From Blasia pusilla (lineage: Eukaryota): DNA of 64,000 nt. Of the stretch, positions 52,790 to 64,000 are shown piece by piece (position 1 is the stretch's first letter; every line of letters begins with the position of its first letter). The stretch lies in contig CM114271.1 in the NCBI GenBank assembly GCA_050084515.1, forward strand, positions 36,704,001-36,768,000, read 5' to 3'. A model generated the notes under the pieces. It was not told the origin of the DNA. It searched no databases and saw only the letters and a list, made by a program, of their open reading frames with translations. The position numbers and the translations under genes were made by a program.

Positions 52790-55700
52790 AAGTAGTCCAT
52801 GTCGTAGCCTTGCGACCATAGACCCTACACCCTGGTTGGATTGTGCTTGAGACTGGGATGGGTGTAGAGAGAGAAGCGAGTGAAGAAGGTACCATATGAG
52901 AGGAGGGAGACACTCTCATATAGTGTGAGTGCTGACCAAACAACGTGTTTGTGCGGAGCTTCCAAGTATCAACCAAGAAACTCTTCACCACACAATCTAC
53001 TTTACTGATTGGGATCCCCAATAGACATTACTTACGGTCAAAGGCAAAGACTTTGGGCAATGAATCAAGGCTATTGAATGTGTTGAACAATTCTGGTGCT
53101 ACCAAATTTTTAGCAATATCAAAGATATGCTCTTGCTCTGTGTGTTGTGAATTTTGGCGCAGAGACCAAGTAATGACAAGAGGTTTCGTCCCCATCGTCA
53201 CACAAGGCGCAAGAGTTTAGTTGTGTTCCCATCCCGCTTTTCTTATGGTTCAAGGGGATTGCCCCGTCGTGAACTTGAACTTGAGCCGGGTTCCCAAGCA
53301 AGGGTTCCCGCAAATAGTTCTTCAGTTCGCCCTCTCGGGATATACCGTCAAAAGAGAGAGGTCGACATCTTCTTCATGGCTTCCTCCATGCTTCGCTGTG
53401 AGCGTTTGCCCACCGCTTTGGTTATGGTATCCACGAATGCTTTCTCATCTTGCTCCCACAGTCAGGAGCCTGCTGGAGCTTGGATGCTTGCACAATCTCT
53501 TGAACCTTTTTCGCCCAAGATTTGGGCCTTTTTACGGGTCTTCTTTGGGTCCTGTGGTTTTCCCCATCACCTCTTTAGGATAGCGATGGGAGTCCATTGT
53601 CTCCAGCTGCCTCCGCCATTTCAACTTGGCAATGTCACGTCTATCCTCCAAGGGTTCCACACCTAGTTCTCGATCTCACACCAACATGGGGTCGCTCGTG
53701 ATGAAGTTGACATCATACCCAAACGCCTTCACCGCACGACTTCAAGCCTATCCCTTTGTTTGGTGTTGGCATCCCACACCGCTGCCCCATATTCTAGCGA
53801 GGACAAATGGTATGCAAAATGACACACGCTTTACTTCGATGTGATGTCTCGCATCAGAGGAATCTGGACAAACCGTTTACCTTCTTGTGGCCTTTCTCAG
53901 TAGTCTTCTTGATGTGTGCATCCCACATGCAATCTTCCGAGAATTCTATGCCCAGATAGGTATAGGTAGCCACACGGAGGATCTCTTGGTCACCCAAGTA
54001 CCACTGTTGGTCTTGGTCCTCCTCCTTGCCATTGAAAATCATCACACCGCACTTCAGTACATTTGCCTCCATGCCTCACATGTCACACCAGATTTTGGTC
54101 AGGGAGATCATCTCTTGGAGTTTCTCTCATGTTTCCTCGAGGCCACCAAAGTCATCAGCAAACATGAGGGAAAAAATAGTGTTGTTGCCCACCCGTATGC
54201 CTAGTCCACTATCCTCCATTTCTTCCAATAGGGAATTCACGAAAATGTTGAAGAGGGTGGGGGAGAGCGGGCATCCTTGAGCCACTCCTTACTTGATGTC
54301 GAATGTCCCACTCTTTTGGCCATTCACCAGAACTCTACTCCTTGTGTTCTGGTACATCTTCTCCACCACCCTCCACATTTTCCCTCTCAGCCCCGCCTTC
54401 CACAGGCTGTAAGAAAGCCCGTCACGCCATACAGTGTCGTATGCCTTCTTGAGGTCCAAGAAGAAGCAATAGGTGGGTTTTCCCTCTTTTTTCCTACCTT
54501 GGATGATCTAACTGAAGGTGAAGATGTGGTCCACGCATCCTCGGGCTTGCCGGAAGCCGCCTTGGCCTTCCTGATGATGACAATTCTCCTCCGGTACATA
54601 GAGATCCTATTGTTGAGTATATGGCAGAGGAGCTTCTCGACTACACTCAAGAATGTAATACCCTCAGTAGTTTCCAGGGTCTTCTCGCTCATCCTTCTTG
54701 AAGATGTTCATGATGACTCCCATCCGCCATCTTTGTGGGATGACTTCTACCCGCTGAGACCAGGTTGAAGAGACTCACTAGAGAACGAGCCATAGCAAAG
54801 ATCGCCATACTTCAACACTCATTCACAAGCTCATCACCACCTCCCGCTTTGTGGTTCACAAGTTCTTTGATCGCTGCTCCCACCTCAGCCAGGGAGAACC
54901 AATCATTATATGGGTTGCCCAGCTCAACCTCATCATCCGCCTTCTCCCGTTGTATCTTAACAAAATCCTCCACCACCCTCTCAAGTTCTCGCTCTTCAAG
55001 GGATGTCCGAGCGGGCTTCCAGCCTAACTCCTTGTAATGGCCTTCCAACACATGTCGGATCTGTTTTTTGTGGTCACCATTCCACCGTCTTTTCTCTTCA
55101 AGGCCTTTACGCTCGTTTTTGTCCCTGGCCTTGCTCAATTTCTGCACTTCCATCCGAACTTTTTCTCGATTCTCGGTGAAATTTTCATTGATGGATGAGT
55201 ATGTGGCTTGGTCCATTTTCTTCTTGTGCATGCGCACGAGAAGACGGGTTTCTTGCGAGGGCCACATACTCGCCCACAAGGATGCATCGCCCCCGGCTTT
55301 GGTACTTGTGACATACGCTTCCCTTCGTTTGGCAATGGTCGCCTTGAGTTCCAAGGACCACCATTTGACGGCTCGCCGATATTATCAATTTCTGCCGCCG
55401 ACAAAGAATCTCGGCGGCATCTGTCACTCCACGCCCCACCATGGCAAAGATCATGTCTCTGATTGTTCTTGTGAACCCAAAGGTCTTGACGGTAGATTCA
55501 ATGAAAGTGTCAAATGCCAAGAGATTTTCTTCCACTTGCCAATGTACACCTTCTTGTTGCCCTCATCTTGAAGTCCTCTATCCTCCATTTCTTGATCACC
55601 CTCTTCACTGGTTTGGTCGAGCATTTTAGCCTTTGCTGCAACTCTGTCCATACCAATGAATGATCTGATCTTCCAATGTCTCTCGCATCTACTGTGATCT

Positions 55701-57310
55701 TCCCACTGCGTGTGTAGAGTTCTTCATCCACAGCTATGTAGTCCACAATGGAGCTCTCATTCTCCTTGAAGTTGACCCTAGTCTAAGTCGGGGATCCCAC
55801 CTTGTGCCTATCATTAAGTGCCATCAGTTGAAGTTCACTCAACATCGTGATCAGCCGTGTGCCATTGCCATTCACTCTCACATCTCCAAACATCCCGATC
55901 TCCGCTTGGGGATCAGTGCCTTGCCCCACCCAGTTGTTGAAGTCTCCTTGTAAGACTATGTTCCCCTTTGTCTGGAACCCAAGGCCATCAGTTTTCACAC
56001 TATCAAACGCTGCCTCTATCACAGCAGCAGATTCACTGTTTGTAGGCATGTAAATACACCCGATATACATATCCCGCGAGTTGCACTCAGCTCGGACTTT
56101 GACCCATATCGTGTTCATACTCGAGCCCCTGTCCGATGATCTCACACGTGTCCACCATGAAGTCTCTGATGAAGAACCCGACACCCTTCATACCTCTATT
56201 GTTGTTCGCCTAGGTGCTGCACATCTTTCCAAACCATGCATAGTGTGGTACATGGGGTATCTCCATTAACTTAGTTTCCCAAGTTTCCTGACCCCCGCAT
56301 ATATATATTTGATTTTTCAGCAAAACTTCAGCAACCTCCAACTGCTTCATTGCATGGGTCAGTCCACAGAAGTTCCAAGTACCCAAACGGAGACCTGTCA
56401 CTAAGTGGGTTAGGGATCGGCGGGCACGCTTTTGGCGTCGGTGTGGCTGCTTGCGACATGGAACCTCTTCATGTGCAGGCTCTTCATTGCTGGTCCCTTG
56501 GAGAACACTTAAGATATTAGGTGTGTAGATCACCAATGGTTTTGTGGAGATGGGCCTTTCCTTCAAGCTGGAACCACCCTCGACTACCATAGCCCTCCAG
56601 TTGTAGGCACGTCTCATATCTTGAGACACCTGGTTTTTGTGGCAAGCCAAGTATTGGCCTCCTCTGCCCTTGATAGACGCCTTGAAGATTCATTGATTGC
56701 CGTTCATCATCCGAGTAACCCCAAGCAAAGAGCTGTGAATTCAAAGCCCAAAGTTGTGCACATGATCTTAAATGAGACAAAGTCTATTGTGGGACGTACA
56801 CCGAAAATGCTCATGTGGAACCGTGGTCTCCTCCTGTAGACCAGATTGAACTCGCTGCCCAGGTCCGAACTCCGGGGGGCCTTTGAGCGTCTCACATAAA
56901 CATGCCGGTATTCCCCACCCCGCTTGGGGATGGTGGGCTTTGGTATGCGCCTTTGATAGGTGAAGTGATACTCCTGACAAGCTTGGGAGGACTGAGATAT
57001 ATTGGGCTCAAGGCCGCTGATTATATGTAGAGGTTTGGCAAACAACTGATTTAGGATCTGGGGAGAATGTTTAAGCTCCCAGCCCGAGAGTCCAGACAGG
57101 GACTCGCTCTCCTATTTGTGCGGAGGGGCTGCCTCCAAGCGGTAGGGTGCCCAAAGAGAGCCCGCTTGTTAACCCCAGAGATCAACACTACCTCCCAAGG
57201 TGAACAGCCCTGGCATTAAGCTGCAGAGGAGGGCCCATGAATCCAGCTTCAAAACAAGGAGAGGTCTCCATTTCTCCAACTAAGTCCACTGGACACCTGA
57301 GAAGGAGCCC
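52790..57310 (-). mobile_element. Non-LTR retrotransposon (LINE) with a single APE-RT ORF, disabled; 5' end approximate
   Basis: APE LRLGTWNF, GGQETW, QGDFN and IVDYI; RT QGGFR..CVDHIF, FLDLKKAYDTVWR, QGCPLSPTLFNIF and FADD; C-terminal CALC..ET..H. Many frameshifts. Confidence 0.92.
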
Positions 57311-57429
57311 CACATACTTTAGAATGGCACAAAAGAAAAATGATAATAAATAAATCCAACTTGATATGTGAGATTTTCATGGGCCAAAATTTACAGGTGT
57401 CGGAAAGTGGAGGAGGTCGGAATCAAGAT

Positions 57430-57745
57430 GGGGTTCCCCAATAATAATATAGATTTTTATTTCATTAAGATATTTTTATTCTAATGAAAATAATAATTTA
57501 TTTTTGAAAATTCTTCCACAACTAGTGCGGATGATAATTAATTTCTCTCCACCACTTTAAGAGGGGTGGGGAGAAATTAATTATCACTCGTGTGTCCATG
57601 GGGGATTGACTAGATGGAGATAAAAAGAAAAAAGAAAAAGGGAAGAACTTGTAGGGATAGGAAAAAATAATAAATTAAAATTTTAAAAATGATAAAATCT
57701 TATTTTTTACATACTTTAACCTCTAAAATAAAACCCACATTATTT
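57430..57745. repeat. AT-rich fold-back element with central 21-bp stem (57532-57585)
   Basis: GATAATTAATTTCTCTCCACC...GGTGGGGAGAAATTAATTATC; flanking arms are loosely inverted. Confidence 0.6.
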
Positions 57746-58438
57746 TAAAGAGTTCTCAATTGGGAAAAAGAAATGTAATAATATCCCAAGACGAGAAGCA
57801 GGTAAGAAATACAGAAAGAAAATGACAATAAGCTAAGACTTAAGCCAACTTAGTGACCTAGGCAATCAATAACTTGAAATAAATCTAATACAAACACTAG
57901 TGGTTGGTCATAATTGAATGGATGACAAAGTGAGTGGCCCCCAACCACTTTCGTTTGACGTATCAACGCCAACACTCGTGCACATTGTAACACTATTGAG
58001 GTACATTTCTGAATAATAGTTGAGACAACAAAGAGAGAAGGACTATGAGAAGGAGTGTACGTACACAACATCTTGCACATACAGGTCGCTACACAATATA
58101 CATCGTTGTCACTACCTATGAACACATAAATACAAGATACTATACTCACTTATAGCATGTGAATATCGAGACGATCATGTCCCAAATAATCTCCAATCAC
58201 CTCCCTAATTGATGGTTGGATCTCTTTAACTCTAGATAGCCATATATTCCTACCTACCATAACACACATCTTTATGATGCTTAGAGCCAAAAGGCCGAAT
58301 GCTCATATGACCCTTTCATGAGTTACCTTCTTATCATCCATGTCACTAATAGATGTTTAGATCTATGACTATCTAGTACATTCTCTATGTACATCTTGGG
58401 TACATCCATCATCCCCGAGGAACCCTAGTGAGAGGTGG

Positions 58439-59436
58439 TGTCAGACATGCCATGTGCCATCCCATCAAAGAGTTCGTCCTCTACTTCACTTAGCTTCACC
58501 TCAAAGCACACTTGACCATGATCTTTACAAGGAGAAGACTTAGATTGAGTCCCAAAGACTCAGCTCTTTGCATGATTCGTAGATAGTCGAGAAACCGTTG
58601 AGCGCTAATTTGGGTTGAGTCTCCTAGAGTGCATAACGTCTCCCTAGGAAGCATCGACCAATGTCCCCAAGTCACTCACATAAAGTGGAGAGCGTTGGTT
58701 AATTCCTCAAGGTGCGTCCCTTAGCTCAAACTTGAGACATGACCAAACACAAATTACGGCTAGTTTGTGCTTCAAGGGCTTGAGAGGATAAAGAGGGAGA
58801 CTCCCCCTGGCTGCTTCTGGGGTTATTTGGGGGAACCTACCTTCCCCATTTTCCCCCTAGGGTCCTTGATTTTGGACCTCGATCCAAACATGGTTCACGA
58901 CCTGTAGACCAACGTTTGACTAGTTATCCATTAAGAAGGTTTGGAGGAAGCTTCTTGCAGCGTATGCAGCTCTTGGCTCCCCAAATGCATCTTGGAAATC
59001 GGACCTGCGTTTCATATGTCTAATGGCTAGCGCCCATCTTTGCTCCCCATTTGGTGTCTTATGGTTGTCTTGCCTCCCTTTGCATTTCGTGACTAGTTTG
59101 ATGGCGTCTCGCCCATCTTGACTATTCATGTGTTTGTTGGTTCTCGCCCTCGACTTGGTACTTGGCTCTAGAGTCTCAAACCTTGCTTTCCTTTACTTTG
59201 TCCCTGCAAGCAACTACCCTTATTTCTCACCTAAGGCTAGTCACAAGACATGTGTGCATCTTGCCTTGTATTAGTCCTGCGTCTATTTCAGCGGCCCTTC
59301 CTAGTCTCACGACTAGCTAGTCTAGGTTGTAACTTTGATGGGTCACATTGAGTTCTTTCCTCCTTAGACATGCGATCATGACTCGCTTCCTAAGTCTTTG
59401 CTAATATGGGCGTCATAGACTTGGCTATTCGTGACA
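58439..59436. repeat. LTR-like repeat (family 2), ~1 kb
   Basis: TGTCA...TGACA ends; homologous in inverted orientation to 44698-45720. Confidence 0.6.
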
Positions 59437-59879
59437 CACCCTCTCAAACATCCATAACAAACTAGCATGGTGGCTACAATATGGGAAAATCTACACAACA
59501 TATAGCACAAGCCTACAAGAATATTAGTAAGCTTGGATTTGTTGTATCATTGATGTTAGGAAGATAACATGTTGCATAGTTACACATATGGTCTTTCTAA
59601 ACTATACCATCACGTACCTCCAATAAGATAACACTAGATGACAACTCACACACTCTTAAGATAGTGCATCTTGTTGTAACATCCAATATCGTTGATGTCA
59701 TTTATTGCAAGTGGTCATAGTCTCCATGATAAAATCTCCAAATCTTTGGTCGATTACCTCCTCTCTCAATAGTCGAATACCTCAACGTATCTCGATGTTG
59801 CACAATAGCCGAGTTATTAAATGCTATGAGCATAACTCTCCACAATAATTCAGGTCGTTGAGAATATATTTGCATCTAT

Positions 59880-60477
59880 GCATTAGGCTCATCGAGGTTC
59901 AACACCTCACTAACATCACAACAAAAAGCCGTAGGTAAATTAAGTTCTCGGCCATAAAGCAAAAAAATAAGGCAAGAAGTATACTAAGGATGCCTACATA
60001 TAGAAATCCTACACTACCAAATATGAAAAATGTAAGCCCCAATCTCCTAGGTAATCTCTTTCAATTTGCATGCCTCGCCACCTATATTGTATCTGGAGCA
60101 AGTTGTATGTCAACTTCACTCCAAAGTTTCACAACTCCTTGAGGGCATGTTGTACTTATTATGCTCTCTTTGAAGATGAGGCATCTAGATCAAAGGACTC
60201 TCCATTGGACCGCGCCATGGAAGTTCCAACACTTTGGCTCTCCATAGCCAACAAACCCAAATTAGCTTATGTGTGACAACCTGACACTATATCCTCATCA
60301 CTCTCTCCATGCCAACAAGCTCTAGTTGCATCTCGCTAACTCTCACATGGGTTACCACTCAACTCATCTACATCTTGGTTGAGCGTCCAAGGTTGATATA
60401 CCACAAGAAAATCATACTCCTACAACAATAGAGCCTACATAACAAGCTTCCATGTAACCTTGTCAAACTCCATCAAC
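59880..60477 (-). pseudogene. Decayed gypsy RH/IN fragments, same family as 23400-25300
   Basis: Shares AGGTTCAACACCTCAC, CCCAATCTCCTAGGT and TCCATCAACCA blocks. Confidence 0.75.
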
Positions 60478-60653
60478 CATGGTTGCATGGAAACAGACTT
60501 GTCCGCCCATGGGACAGACATGTCTAGATAAGTTTGGACATATCCACCAATATACCCAATAGGTATCCTGCCATTTTTTTTTTTGTTCCCCAATCGCCCA
60601 CATAGGGTCGAGACATGGAAACACGTGTGGGCTTGTATTAAGGAAGGAAAGCA

Positions 60654-61524
60654 CAAAGTTGCATGAGGAAAAAGTCTATTTTTGTGGACTTAGTCCGTCC
60701 TAAGCATAGACATATCCCTGTGGGCTCGAGTTTCCATGATCTGCACTTGAACTTGCCCCACCCACAATGTAGACTCGAGCTTGAATAGCCCGCATCGAGT
60801 CCAATGATCCATTGCACATTTTTGCTACCAATTCTATAGCCCGTGGAGGCCCACATCAAGCTTGCAAGGCCTACAAAGGGCGGGCTATGATCTTGGCCTT
60901 TATGGGCTAGAGCATGCCCTACGTGTGCCTAGTGTAGGCTGTGAGCATTGTTGCACAAAAACTTACAAGTCCTTTTCTAAGGCGGACATGGATAGACAAG
61001 TGTGGACATGTCCACAGACATGGATTGCAAGAGGTGGGGACCATACTTATAGCTTGTGGTGGGAGGCAAGGCAAGGCAAGGGTGGGCGGGACAATAAGAG
61101 GGGAGGGAGTAGAGGTGGGTAAAGGAAGAAACGGGAAAGTGCCGAACATGCAGGCAAGTGGGGCGATTGAGAAAAAAAGGGAGGTGGGGCCCACATGGAT
61201 GAGTCCTTCCATAGGAGGGATGTAAGTCCATGGATGTGGATATGTCTGCAGACATGGAATTAGTCCACATGCAACCTTAACCGTGAGCTTGGCCTTTACG
61301 GGCTAGTGCAAGCCCTACGGGTGCCTGATGTGGGCCAAGAGGGCTTAATGTGGGCCTTGCGAGGGCTTATAGCTTGCACATACATTTGATCCATGCCTGC
61401 ATTTGTTCCCACATGGATGACAAGGATACCTAAAAAACCTAGCCTCGAATCCCATTGGGTATGTCCGGACTTATTCGGACATGTACATCCCACGGACGGA
61501 CAAGTGTGTTTCTGTGCAACCTTG
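60654..61524. mobile_element. hAT-like MITE family A containing a nested copy
   Basis: CAAAGTTGCA...TGCAACCTTG; TSD GGAAAGCA/GGCAAGCA (7/8). A further left end CATGGTTGCA starts at 60478. Confidence 0.8.
60946..61279. mobile_element. Nested hAT-like MITE family A
   Basis: CATTGTTGCA...TGCAACCTTA; TSD GCTGTGAG/ACCGTGAG (6/8). Confidence 0.7.
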
Positions 61525-61648
61525 GGCAAGCAGGCATCAAACAAGTGTGCGTACCATGAGCCCTTGCTTGGCCCACATCAAGCTTGTGTGTGGCCTACAC
61601 CAAGCCCACCTTTTTGTGTGCCTAATCCTTTGGAACATCAATCTCATA

Positions 61649-62572
61649 TGTTGCAGAAGCGTACGTTTAGTATGTCACACTCACTCTACTGATCTCTACC
61701 CAAACATACTCTCATTAGTCTTGGTTTGAGTCTACTAGCCTTCCAACTCGTTCAGTTCTCAACTCAACCATACATCAAGCTCAATAGGTCCTAACTCCTC
61801 ACTTACCAATACGCGCAAGTCTTCATATATTTGGGATAGACTTTTTGGATAATCCAAACACCTAAAATGGCACTCACAAGCCTAGCCGTCCCAACTTTGC
61901 AATGAGCCTCATATAATTAAGTTCCTAACCAAGATGCAAGAATGGAGTAACGGATTGGAGTCCAAGGGTGACTTCTGAAATTCACTCCCTTGGACTTGGC
62001 TTGGTGTTCACAACCCAACGCCAACCTCCCAATCCATTCCGTACCCTTGGTTCACTCCATGGCTTCCTAAAGTGGAGCTCGAGTCCCAAGCATCCTTGGA
62101 GACCCTCTCCCTACCTTTGGGAAATTACTCTTGAGTTGCTCCTTTTGGCGCTCAACCCAACTGTACTTCCTAAAGTTTTTGGGCAATTTTTCAGTCTCTG
62201 TTTATGCCTTTGTCAAGATCTCTGGTGCATTGGAATTGGATTTGCATAAGCTTTACAATTCCATCTTACTTTTCCCAAATACATCCTAAATCTGACCGTT
62301 ACAACCTAAAAAAAGTAAAACCACAAATGCTAGTCAAGTTCCAATCCCAATTCTTATCCTCTTTGGCAACCCACTTGGCTTAGACTCGATTTTTCTCAAG
62401 TCTTGGGTTGTATTTGGCCAAGTTTCCCAAGTCGCGACTGTCAACACATGAAACACTCAACCTGACTTGTGTCTTACATCTCATTTCTCCTTCAAGAGAC
62501 TCTCTAATGTGTGAGCCTACTAGAGTCCCGATGTTTCGCATCGATGCATGTTTGGTTATGAGGGTCGCAACA
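61649..62572. repeat. LTR-like repeat (family 3), copy 2
   Basis: TGTTGC...GCAACA termini; collinear with 47396-48381; no TSD seen. Confidence 0.7.
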
Positions 62573-64000
62573 TGCCTAGCCTATATCAACCCATAGCATG
62601 CCCAAAATAGCACGTACAGAGCCTGAAGCAAGTCCGTATAGGGCGTCTAAGTGGGCTAGTCACGGCCTCCACATCGCCATAGGGCTTAATGAGACTCAAT
62701 GTGTGATCTTATCTCTCTCTATATAGAGGTACCGATACACTTGCATGGCTGCCCGCAATATTGCAACTAATCTTGCGTTGATCCCTCCGAATAAATTTGA
62801 CACTCTCACATCCTCCTCTAGACAGTGCCATAGAATGGATGTGGTATCCAATGGTATCAATATCTCTACTCCAAAAGCTTGACCATTACTCAACTCTATC
62901 TACTCCGAGATAAAGGCATGACTCCATGCCTGCCTCACGAGCTCATCTGTGACATACCCCACAATGATGAAAAGATCTCAATACCATAGGAAGAGACACC
63001 CACCGTGGCATGTCTCTCCATGGGACTATCTGCTATTAGGATGTCCTCTACATGTGCGTTCCCCTTCAATTACTCTCCTAGCTAGCTAACACCACCCATG
63101 AATGCTACATATGTGGTTATTGTATCATCACGTGGTGAACCACCTGGTTCCCCAAACCGCAAGTGTAACCGAATCATCTGGCCATCACATGATCGCCACC
63201 CTCACGAATAGGAAATGGTCTCCTCATAAACATCAAGGATGAATCTTAGGGGTTATAACATCATACTCCCTACCAACACATCATATGATTGTGTTAGTAT
63301 CTTAATCAGATGTGTGTGCATCATAACACTATTTGTAGCATGGATAGATGATGTTTTGGCTAGACGTTAATAATTATCTCCTATCGAGTGTTGTGCGCAT
63401 ACACATCGCTGCAAAACTCAATGTGTTGCATCCCACAAGCAAGTGTTATGTCATTTGTAACCGTTTGGTGCCTCCATTTTTGCATCGTACAGCCGTACCC
63501 GCATCGCACATCAAGGAAATTTGAGTATGGTGAGTTGACAGTAGGAGTTTGTCTTCACAATCGAATATGTCGTACATAGGGAGTATGACTTGCTGACTAT
63601 AGGATTTTGTCTTCACTTATGAGTTGGGGTCGAGGTTTGTAGTTTCTTTTTTGAACAACACCCATATTGTTCGGGTTATTATTCATGTCTTTTGCCTCGC
63701 TTATGAGAGGGAATTATGGATATTCGGTAGTTATTGGGATATTGGAATTTTTGCAAATCATTGATCTATGTGGTTATGGGACATAGACCTATGTCGGATG
63801 TCCAGAGTTATGGGGATGCTGTGTCAATGAGACAATAGTTGATTTACCGCACAACGTTGCTTAACGTCGCACATTCCACATCTTAGTGAGAGGGAGTGTA
63901 GATTAAGTGCCACACAGGTTAGTTCCAAGGGATTGAGAGATTAAGTGCAAGATCGAGAGTTATCGTGTGAGGGAGCGTGAGGGTCATCACAACGTCCTTT

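Noticed and set aside
53154-55571. Several 120-170 aa plus-strand ORFs
   Set aside because: They are antisense shadows of the LINE ORF.
57205-57255. HDV-like ribozyme in the LINE leader (minus strand AAGCTG...CCTCCTC...CAGCTT)
   Set aside because: A P1-like pairing is present, but I could not complete P1.1, P4 and P2 by eye.

Overview
This window is repeat-dense eukaryotic DNA, most likely from a non-seed land plant such as a bryophyte. That origin is inferred from a tRNA-iMet primer-binding site (PBS), GT-AG introns, CpG-depleted repeats and a Ty3/gypsy pol resembling bryophyte types. No intact host protein-coding gene is evident. Main contents: (1) A roughly 1,500-codon, intron-containing, now disabled DDE transposase gene (11947-21520). 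Its motif order (EDETRI, SDGD, DPPH, SDCCEIFF) is P-element/THAP9-like, but the N-terminus carries zinc-finger-like motifs instead of a recognisable THAP domain. It probably belongs to a ~13 kb DNA element (about 8.9-21.95 kb). (2) A near full-length Ty1/copia element (14505-19444, minus strand) inserted beside the second catalytic Asp of that transposase. It has no target-site duplication (TSD) and has an extra PBS outside its 3' LTR. (3) Further copies of the same copia family: two decayed elements and two solo LTRs with perfect 5-bp TSDs. The LTRs differ by fold-back rewriting of two adjacent palindromes. (4) Gypsy, LINE, Helitron and hAT remnants, 8-bp-TSD MITEs, and a divergent kinase pseudogene. 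(5) A CpG-rich island at ~34.4-40.7 kb with a candidate spliced non-coding, pri-miRNA-like transcript. All family assignments come from motif recognition by eye, not from database searches.
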